A DNA stretch of 64,000 bases from Takakia lepidozioides (lineage: Eukaryota; Plantae; Bryophyta). The position numbers were made by a program, and so were the translations under genes. Below are positions 12,451-21,895 of this stretch, piece by piece. Location of the stretch: assembly GCA_030704615.1 (NCBI GenBank), contig CM060731.1, positions 29,450,001-29,514,000 on the forward strand, in the 5' to 3' direction. Below the pieces are notes generated by a model that was not told the DNA's origin, did not search any database, and saw only the letters and a list, made by a program, of their open reading frames with translations. Within the stretch, counting starts at the first letter, position 1. The number at the start of each line of letters is the position of its first letter.

Positions 12451-13093
12451 GCCTAAGGACTGGCATGTGGTCTTGAAGGCCGAATTTTGAAGCTCGTGGA
12501 GGGCGGTTTGAGGAGTATCTCCATGATATTCCCATGGTCATGCAAGTGAGGGAAGAGAGGAGAGGAAGAGTGTTGGGATGAGGGCATGCTGGGGTTAGGC
12601 ATTGCTTTAGCTTCTCTTCCTCGTAGTTTCCACCCTCTCAATGGCCAAGACCTTTCTGTAGGTGGAGGCAAGAGTTAGTCCGGGTTTGGGCTGGGGTGTC
12701 CTTGCAGGAGCAACACCATGGAGTTGTTTTTGGGGTGGGGGAGTTGTCGTTCCGATTTCTTGTGTTTGGATCCCCTCCATACCTGCATGCTTGTGCGCCA
12801 TGCTAGTTTTGTGTGGGCGTTTGCTTTTATAGGTGATTGGTCCGGATTTGATCGTTGGCCAGTCCTAGAGCATGCTGTCGATGGTGAGGCTGGGGTGATG
12901 ACCAGCCAGACCATCATTGTTTCTCATGTGGTGAGGTTGGAGGTGATGACCAGCCAACCATAGGAGTGCTTGTGGTGGATGCAGGTATAGGTGTAGGCTA
13001 TGTTAGGAACTTAGTATTCCAAACCATAAGCCGCACCCGGTTCTCTACCCGGTTACCTTGTGGAGAGGGGGTTAGGGACATGTTCATGACCGG

Positions 13094-14900
13094 TTGAGTG
13101 TCAACACAGAGGTGCCACTAGTTGCTGGGGACAGTGCCGGTTCGAGCACTAGCGATACTAGTGGGTACACGAGACGAGGTATGCGGTTTAGGCCACCTTC
13201 ACCTCCTGTGTCTTCTACGGAAGGTTCTGATTCAGATTGTGAATCAGGAGGACTCATACCGGCGGTGCAAGTTGTTTCTTTGTCATTGTTGTGGGACACA
13301 ATGGAGGAGATGTATGGAGCTACCAAGGGGCCACGAAGGTACTCTGGGGCGGTGGGCACCATCGAGTTGGATGATTTTATCCAAGAGTTTGATAGTTGGT
13401 GTGATTTGCAGAAAATGCGCAATCCACAACTATTTACGTCTTTCATGGCATGAAAGGGGTTGTTTCAGCACCTTGAGGGGCTGCCTATGGATGATTATCA
13501 TGAGTTCAGGCGGGGGCATGAGGTTGAGATCAAGGAGTGGAGGATGTATTGATCACCCGACTATGTCTCCATCACTAGGGGCACTAGAGCCACGAGGGCA
13601 GTGGCTACACCTGCCGCTGCACCGGCAGCTTCAGCAAGTAGCAGTGGGACTAGTGGGCGGTGGTACAGTAGCTACGACGTCCACCCAAGCCACTACCGCA
13701 CCAGCACTAGTACCTGTGCGTGCCTTCAACCCTGTTGTGGAGTTCTTCAAAGAGTTGAGAGGGAACTACCAAGGGGTGAGGACAGAGAAGTTGCGGAGCT
13801 TGCAAGAGTTCCAACGGAAGCCGACCGAGAGCTTGAGGGAGGCTTTCACTCGCATGAGGCGCTTGATAAATGTAACCCAAGGGGTTACGGAAGCTCAGGC
13901 AGTCCAATTCTGGTATGGGATATTGGACAAGGAGCTGAGGAGAAGGGTGCGGGATGCAACTCTCCTACAAGCGGCCCAACCCACCTTAGCAAATGTGTTT
14001 CTGCTGGCAGAGCGGATAGAGCTCAACATGGTGGAGGAACGAGTAGTCATGGTGGGATTTGCTAAGGAGACACCATGGGGTAGTGGTGCTCCTAGCCAAC
14101 CACTACCTCAACGTGCTCAAGGCAACAAGGGGGCTCAGGTGAAGCTCAGGGAAGGGGAGAGAGGACCTCAGATGCAGGGGTCTCTCCCTTCATTTGCTGG
14201 CCAACAACGGGCGGATGTGGTGTGCTGGACATGTGGAGGACCCCATGTCAAGAAGGATTGCCCAGAGGGAGGCAAAGGGCCGGCACATGCACAGCCTGCA
14301 CAGTTGCAGTGTGGGCATTGTGGCAAGCACGGGCATGGAGAGGCCCAGTGTTATGGTTTGCATCCTGAGTTGCGCCCAGGCCAGTTCCAAGGGAACAATG
14401 GTGGCCGGGGGCGAGGTGGAGCAGCCCAGAGAGGACGAGGTGGCCAGCCACGAGGTGCAGGCCAAGGGCAAGCTCAACATGGCCAAGGACGCGGAGGTCA
14501 GGGTGTTGACCAAGGCATGGCCAACCGGCTTCAGCAGCTAGAGCAGAGGCTCGCTGCCATGGCTACAGCTCAGGTGGTACCGGCTCTAAGGCCGGATGGT
14601 CCACCTCCTGTTCCTGGGGGAGGAGATATGGTAGGCATGGGATTCATGTGTGGAGCAGCACTACCACTAGTGCAGGTGGAGTCTGCTGCAGCCGTGACTC
14701 GAGGAGCAGCACGATTTCCTGAGCCACGAGGTGCAGAGGTGGAGTTGGATCCACAGCGTGGGGAGGCAAGCCGTCAGGCTAGGCTTCCTCAGTTATTTAC
14801 ATTGGCGGAGACAGTGTCGACGCCATCCATGGCACCTAGTTCTCGCCCGACTGTTACCGAGGCGGAGGTTACTATGCCATTGGGGAGAGCTACACGGTAG
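13094..14900 (+). pseudogene. gag: gag of the DNMT-bearing Gypsy element (disrupted)
   Basis: Capsid-like LDDFIQEFDSWC and LQEFQRKPTESLREAFTRMRRL. Zinc knuckles CWTCGGPHVKKDC and CGHCGKHGHGEAQC; RGG-rich tract. TGA at 13451-13453 and a frameshift at about 13657. Confidence 0.85.
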
Positions 14901-15219
14901 TACCACTACCTAGTGTTGCCAATGCTACGGCAGCTAGTATGCAGCTAGGAGCGGCCACATCTGTGTGTCAGGCTCCATTGTTCTCGGCTACCATGATTGC
15001 GACGCCGGGGGTAAGACCAGCTGAGGTGTTCAGGCTGGCAGCTACACTCTGTGAGAGTGGGGAGGTTATTTTATCTTCTGCGGAGATAGTGGGAGGTGTA
15101 GTGCCGGAAGGATCCTCGGATTTGAGGGTCAAGACTGCCACGGCGGCGCCATGGCAAGCTGCAGCTGCCAGGTTGATGGAGCTGCCAGCTAGGCCAGCCA
15201 TTGAGCGCGCCATGGTGAC

Positions 15220-15600
15220 ACCTGGAGTTGTCATGTTAGACAACCAGGATGGCATTTTCTGTTTGAGTGGACCGGCAGGCAAGAGGTACCGGCCACTGCG
15301 GGTTTTGTTGGACTCGGGAGCTCAGCCATTAATGCTGGGCAGAGCTGCTATTGTAGGCTTGGGCCTCACGGAGGTGGATATGGAGCCTTGTCCTTTCCAG
15401 ATACAGACGTCTCTGGGAGGATCGGAGCAGGCTCGGGGCATGACACGGCGTGAGTAGGCTATCATACTATAGCCGGATCACCCTCAGATGCCTCAGTGAT
15501 GCGAGCCAAGGCCATTGTGACAGACGCAGTCTCATACGATGTCCTGGTTGGTGGGGCAGTGTTGTACCCCATGGGCTTCACCCTGGATTTTTGGGAGGAG
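15220..15600 (+). pseudogene. Retropepsin-type aspartic protease domain
   Basis: VLLDSGAQPL at about 15302-15331 and YDVLVGG at about 15535-15555. Confidence 0.8.
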
Positions 15601-16021
15601 TCAGCTTCCTATAGGCCTGCATGGCAGTCAGGGGAGGGCCGGCGTGTGTAGCTCCCTGTGACGTTCATAGGAGGAGTTACGGTTGCCCAGCGAGGCAAGA
15701 TGCCGACACTAGCAGCATTCACAGCGGCAGTGAGTTGGCCTAGAGAGTTGCTTGAGGGCAATGCTCATTCAGAGGATGTGCCACCTCCGGGTAGCAGGAT
15801 GACATGTATGGTATAGCGGAGTTGCCTACCATGGTTGCTCAGACTCCATTGTGGGGCACGAGCAAAGATTTGCAGCGGGATGCTGATTGACGGGTGCAAC
15901 AAGCCTGGGTGGAGGCTTTTGTACCGTCAGGAGAGGAGGAGAATGCGGGGATTGCACCAAGACCACCTCAGTTGTCTCCATTGGACACCACACCTATTGT
16001 GTGGCAGTATCCGGATGAAGG

Positions 16022-16960
16022 CATTTGTCTTCTGGACTTGTTTGGCGGGATCAGCACCGGATTGGCTGCTGTGTTACAGGCAGGTGTACGAGTTTGGCGT
16101 TACGTGTATGTGGAGAGGGATGAGACTACACGACGCGTTTCACTTCGCCATGTTGCTCAGTTGGTGCAGCGGTATCCTGAGTTGTTGTCGGTGTCTGCAA
16201 TTCGTGGATATCAGTAGGTCTTGCCAGCAGACATTTTGTTGGTGGGGGCGCAGGATTTAGAGCGGGTTGGCTCCATTGATCTGGTAGTGGCAGGTTGGCC
16301 CTGCCAAGGGCATTCATCAGCCGGGCATGACAATGGATTGCGAGACTCGAGGTCGGGTCTGTTTTGGGAGATGGTGCGGGTTTTGCGCCACTTGCAGCTT
16401 CATCAAGCTGTATCTCCAGCATACATCTTGGAGAATGTGCCACTGATGGGCGATTCTCGGGCCAGGGAGATGGCCAGTGTGCATCAAGTCCGGTCGTGGC
16501 TTGGGTCAGCAGTGTTACTAGATGCAGCTACAGTGGGGTCACGGGCTCATCGTCCACGGCTATGGTGGACTAACTTGATGTCACCCGCACTGCTCAAGCG
16601 TGCATTTGATGGGGTGCAGCGGCTAGCACATCTCACAGTGAATAGCATTCTGGACATAGGGAGGCAGTCTCAGCGTGTGAGACACGATGACCGTTCGCCT
16701 TTGGCAGTGGTCAACAAGGTGGGTCAACCACGAGCAACATTACCTACACTGCTCAGCTTCCCAGGATCGCATGCTTTCCGGGATAGTGGACCTGGCCTCC
16801 TGTGGGATGCTCAGTTGCAGCAGTTAGTGGAGCCTAATGCTGATGAGCGTGAGCGGGCAATGGGTTTTACCACTGGTACCACGGCAGTGTCGTCTCTTTC
16901 TGAGGCATCACGTCGTCAAGTGCTGGGGTAAGCAATGGATCTCAATTGCTTGACCTGGAT
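16022..16960 (+). pseudogene. DNMT3-like C5 cytosine DNA methyltransferase domain within pol
   Basis: Motif I LLDLFGGISTGL, motif II YVYVE, motif IV DLVVAGWPCQ (PC at 16299-16304), motif VI YILENV (ENV at 16431-16439), motif VIII AHRPRLWWTNL, motif IX ERERAMGF, motif X RRQVLG*AMD. All in one frame, with TAG at 16215-16217 and TAA at 16929-16931. Confidence 0.93.
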
Positions 16961-17429
16961 TATCAGCTTGGCTATGGCTAAGCAACGCAGAGTGCGGAGT
17001 ACACTTCCTTCGATGGTCTCTCTGCCTACCGAGACGGTACAGGCAGTGAGTGGGGGCGAGCATGTGAGGACCACGGGGTGTAGGCATCCATGGCACACGT
17101 GGGAGGTGCTCGAGGTTCAGAGGGAGTTGGCAGCCAAGGTGGTGATGAAAGATGAGGTTGGGGATTTTTCTCGGGTGGAGGAAGTCCTTGAGGATGAGAT
17201 GATAGGGCAGGATGAGGCCTTGTCACTGACTGAGCAGGTATGGAGTACTGCTCAAGAGGTTGTAACATAGCAACCACTGGACGCGTCCTCTACCTCTAAG
17301 CCCACTGGACTTAAGGTTGCAGTTACGGAGGACAATTGGGAGCCTGACATTGGACCCATTGTTACCGGAGGAGACAGACGACGTATACGGCGGTTCCTGA
17401 GGGCTTACAGGAATTGCTTTGCCTTCAGT

Positions 17430-18765
17430 TTGAAATACTTGGGAGCACTGAAGGGTCAAGAGATCCGTATTGAGTTGGCCACTGACACGCCAATCTTTCG
17501 GAGACCCTATAGATACAGTGACATGGAGAGGTCTTTGATTCAGATGAGGACTCAAGATCTCTGGGAGGCAGGTTTGGTGGAGCTCTCTGGTGGAGAGTAT
17601 GCTTCAGCCACAGTGATGCCAGCCAAGAAGGATGTTTATGGCAATTGGACGGAGAGACGTATGTGCGGTGATTACCGGCCTGTAAATCGTCAGACCAAGT
17701 CCGATAAGTATGCCATGCCAACACCAGAGGAGATCTTTGATGCCATCGGGCATGCTAAGATCTTTAGCACTTTGGATTTACGATCTGGATATCATCAGTT
17801 GTCAATCAAGGAGGCGGACAAGCAGAAGACGACATTCTGGGGGATCAATGAGCACAGCAAGGATTGCCTATATCAGTGGCGGTTCTTACCATTTGGGCTT
17901 AAGAATGCTCCTGCAGAGTTTCAGAGAGTCATGGATAGGATTCTAGCAGGGTGGACTTTGCTCGGTGCTATATAGATGACATCATCATCTTTAGTGTTAC
18001 AATGGAGGAGCATGAGAGACACCTTTAGGTGGTATTGGAGCGCTTGAGAGCGCACGGATTGAAGTTGCATCCGGGGAAGTGCAAGTTTTTCGACAACCAG
18101 ATTGAGTATCTGGGTCACACGATATATCCTGGAGGATTGGGGGTACAGCAGACTAAGGTAGAGGCCATTGCACAAATTCCACGCCCCACGGATGTGAGCC
18201 GAGTTTGAGCTTTCATGGGGTTGGCAAACTATTATAGACGGTTTGTCAAGGGATTTAGTACCATTGCAAAGGCTCTAACCAAGCTGACCAAGGTGGACCA
18301 GGAGTGGCAGTGGGAAGATGAGCAGGAACGAGCTTTTCAAGAGCTTAAGGCGAGGTTGACCTCGGCGCCTATCCTGAGACGACCTATCAGGGGGCGTCCC
18401 TTTCAGCTGCATACGGATTGGAGCATGCTGGGGCTTGGAGCGGTGCTCACACAGGTGGATGATGAGGGAAGAGAGTTTGTAGTGGCTTATGCTAGCCGCT
18501 CGAACAACCCTGCAGAGGCTAAGTACAGCTCATATGAGGGAGAGTGCCTAGCTGCAGTGTGGGCCGTGGCACACTTCAGGTGCTATCTATACGGCAATCT
18601 TTTCACCCTTGTCACGGATCACCAGCCACTCAAGTGGTTGATGGAGTCAGACAAGCTTACGGGGAAGCTTGCACGGTGGGCACTCATACTCCAGGAGTAT
18701 GACTTTCAGGTTGTGCATCGACCGGGTTTGGTCAATCGGGATGCAGATGGATTGAGTCGCAATCC
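17430..18765 (+). pseudogene. pol: Ty3/Gypsy reverse transcriptase and RNase H
   Basis: [41 protein letters not shown] (17969-17980). RNase H: FQLHTDWS...GLGAVL, YSSYEGECLA, TDHQPL, ADGLSR. Confidence 0.95.
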
Positions 18766-19129
18766 ATGCATGAGCCAGCAGGATGACACTAGAGCTCGGT
18801 GGCATGGTGAGACGGACGAGGAGATAGTGTCGGGATGGCACGCATCTGCATTTTTGTGTATCTTGGCATCGGGAGGTCAGGTTGGACCTACAACATGGAT
18901 GACTGTAGACGGAGTGTCTGAGGACCCTGAGGCTAGTGATGAGCCAGGTGGTGCCAGAGATATACATGAGGATTTGGCTGTGTTGGACTACCTCCGCACA
19001 GGAGACACGGCAGCCACTATGACTGCCAGGGAGAGGGATCGGATCCTGCAACAAGCCAAGAGGTTCAAGTGGGAGAGGATACACCTACTTCGAGTGTGGA
19101 AGGATGGTCGGGTGAGGATTGTGCCTCAC

Positions 19130-20200
19130 CCCACACAGCGTGCACGGTTAGTGCGGCATGCCTATGAGGAGTTGGGGCATTTTGAAGTGCGACGCACTCA
19201 CAGTTTACTTCAAGGGCAGTATTGGTGGCGTGGTATGCATACAGAGGTGCAACAGTTTGTGGCTAGGTGCATGGTGTGTGACAGGGTGTGTGACAGGGTG
19301 TGTGCTTCATTCAACACCCCTACATCACAGTTGTATCATTTACCAATCATGGGATTGGGCAACAGGTGGAGTTTTGACTTCGCAGGACCGTTGCCACTGA
19401 CTATGCGCCACCACAGATATGTGTTGGTGATGGTGGAGCACTTCTCCAAGTGGATTGTGTTGGTTCCATTGCCTGACAAGGCTAGTGAGGGGGCTGCGTA
19501 TGCATTCTTGGATCGTGTGCTTAGCCGATTTGGTGCTCCAGCTGAGGTACTCATGGACCAAGGGAAAGAGTTCTTGGGGGAGTTTCAGGCTTTGTGTGAT
19601 AAAGCCTTGATAAACCACCGCACCACTTCTCGGGATCATCCTGAGGCCGATGGCTTAGCAGAGAGAGTTGTTCAGACGGTGAAGAGGGGTTTGCGTAAGT
19701 ATGGCATGCAGAAGGGACACCTAGGAGATTGGGATCTTCAGGTTCCTTGGTTAGTCATGGGCTACAGGTTCAGCAAACAAGCATCACTTGCCTCCTTCTC
19801 ACCATATTTCCTTCTCTTTGGCTGAGAGCCGGATTTGCCTGCAGCCATTCGTAGGGACACTGCTCAAGTCCTTAACCTTGACGATCCGGACGTGTGGGTA
19901 CGTGCATGTGATCAACGTGCAGAGTTGTTCAAGAAATTCATGCCCATGGCTTTTGAGAACCTTGCCATTGCACAGCATCATGATACGTTGAGGTATGCCA
20001 CTATACGTGGTGGAGGATATCGTCATGGGGTTCGGAGGTTTAGCCCTGGTGACTATGTTTATTTGCAGCAGACTGCTCCTACGACTCTGGATGTTACTGC
20101 AGGGCGTGTTATTCTGAGGGTTCGAGAGGTGTTGCCCTCAGGGGTCCTGATCTTGGAGGGTTGAGATGGCATGACTTGGAAGGACCATGTGCGTAATTAT
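19130..20200 (+). pseudogene. DDE integrase
   Basis: Zinc-binding EELGHF...CMVC; core FDFAGP / VLMDQG / GLAER; C-terminal FSPGDYVYL. Confidence 0.92.
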
Positions 20201-20269
20201 GCGTCATGTCACCTTCCCAATGTCGATGGCAGAGTTGACCCAAACTTGGCAGTGGTACCTGCAGGTTTG

Positions 20270-20416
20270 AGGTGCATGCTCTGTGGGTCTGCCAAAGGAG
20301 CAACCGCCACGCTGGTGTGTGATCGATGCTCAAGGGGGTGGCATATGGGATGCTTGACACCACCTCTTGAGAAGGTTCCTGATGGAGATTGGTTGTGTCC
20401 ACACTGTTTGGGATAG
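20270..20416 (+). pseudogene. PHD finger at the integrase C-terminus
   Basis: CMLC...LVCDRCSRGWHMGCLTPPLEKVPDGDWLCPHC is a C4HC3 PHD. It is in frame with the integrase tail across a TGA. Confidence 0.92.
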
Positions 20417-20665
20417 TGGCAGTGGACATGACTGGAGGCAGCTAACAAGACATGGGAGGCCAAGCTCATAGGAATCAATACATGAGATCCCAAGCTCAAG
20501 TTCACAGGTTGTAAGACGACGACTAACGATGGGGCAACTCTTGCACCCGGCCTCTTGATCTATCGAGTCTGAGTGTAGTAGGGATAGTGGTGGAGGACTT
20601 AGTGAGGCTATGGTCATTATCACATCTTGTGGCTACCTGGACTTAGAGGGACCTAAGCACCAGCT

Positions 20666-20675
20666 AGGGGGACGA
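20666..20675 (+). promoter_or_regulatory. Polypurine tract candidate
   Basis: AGGGGGACGA lies immediately before the TTGTGTGG start of repeat B1. Confidence 0.6.
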
Positions 20676-20864
20676 TTGTGTGGACTAGTGACTGCCGTAG
20701 TGGGCAGCATAGCGGCAGCCTAGTGACTGACTAGTTGTAGCCTAGTGGTTGGACTAGTGGCTGGACTAGTGGTGGACTAGTGGTATACTAGTGTGTGGTG
20801 TGCACATGTGTTGTGTGGTTTTGGACAGCGATGTAGTTGTGTAGCGATATGTATGCGCACGACA
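20676..20864 (+). repeat. Repeat B1
   Basis: Matches 21194-21369, which lacks one GGACTAGTGG-type subunit. Ends GACA, followed by AC and then A2. Confidence 0.93.
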
Positions 20865-20866
20865 AC

Positions 20867-21193
20867 TGTCAAGTTATTTTACCACTAGTGTGAAACTAGC
20901 TAGGAAATAACTAGCTTTTACATATTGACATTTGGGATTGGCCCAAATGTCAATCCAGGGGTCAAGGCATATTTAGGCCCTAGAGTGGTTATCTTCACGG
21001 CAAGCGCGGGAGGCTCATCTTTCTCGAGTTAAGCCTCACCGCGCCTAGCTATGGCGCCGTAGTGTGGATTCCTCATGGCGTGGGGTGCACTTAGCTTGAC
21101 TTGTATTTGAGTGATGAGGTTATATATGCATGAGTTTATGCTTCAGCTTTGTGAGCTCGCATGAGCTTGTGCTTGTATTCTTCTTCTTTATCA
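20867..21193 (+). repeat. Repeat A2
   Basis: Direct copy of 10226-10553. Confidence 0.95.
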
Positions 21194-21369
21194 TTGTGTG
21201 GACTAGTGACTGCCATAGTGGGCAGCATAGTGACAGCCTAGTGACTGACTAGTTGTAGCCTAGTGGTTGGACTAGTGGTGGATAGTGGTATACTAATGTG
21301 TGGTGTGCACATGTGTTGTGTGGTTTTGGACAGCGATGTAGTTGTGTAGCGATATGTATGCACACGACA
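21194..21369 (+). repeat. Terminal repeat B2
   Basis: Direct copy of B1; ends CA before GGGT. Confidence 0.93.
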
Positions 21370-21729
21370 GGGTTCTCCTGGCCATTTCAATATTGAAATG
21401 ACAATTTCAATAGTTCAAATGCCCATCTCAATATTGAAATGACCATTTCAATATTGAATTTGAATTTGAATACTAGTACCATTATTATTTTATTGAATGT
21501 ACCAATTACAGAGGTGTTTTAACAAAGAGGAGAGTACCTAGGAATTCGATAATAAATAACAAATAACACTTTTTTTGTCATTCTTAGTGTATATTTTTAC
21601 AAAGTAAGAAAACCATAACATTTAGGATGATATAACAAAAAAAAAGATAACATTTATCCAGGTTTGACTATACAAGCGATTGTTAATATTGGCGGTCACT
21701 CCGGATTGAAATAAGAAAAAAATTTAAAC

Positions 21730-21761
<32 letters not shown>

Positions 21762-21895
21762 CCATTAGTTATCTGCCACCGCCACCGCCACCGTGTCTGT
21801 TGCCTTAGTGACATTTTTTCCCTTCAATTTTTTTACTAGCGTCAGGCCTAAACCTAACGTAGATTGCGTCCCGTCGGACCTGACACTGACAACCG

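Larger units (their letters stand above)
10226..21369 (+). mobile_element. Ty3/Gypsy retrotransposon carrying a DNMT3-like cytosine methyltransferase and a PHD finger, with split direct repeats (decayed copy)
   Basis: Starts TGTCAAG at 10226 and ends CACGACA at 21369, flanked by GGGT on both sides (10222-10225, 21370-21373). Domain order gag-PR-DNMT-RT-RH-IN-PHD; many stops and some frameshifts. Confidence 0.92.

Noticed and set aside
11744-12541. Long minus-strand ORFs (265 and 220 aa)
   Set aside because: By-product of the stop-poor GGCTGTGAC minisatellite; low-complexity translation.
16022-16960. Host DNMT3/DRM gene or bacterial contamination
   Set aside because: No introns or host accessory domains; embedded in frame in pol and decayed like its neighbours.
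10226-21369. Classification as a DIRS/PAT/Ngaro element because of split repeats
   Set aside because: No tyrosine recombinase seen; it has a protease, a DDE integrase, TG...CA ends and a TSD.
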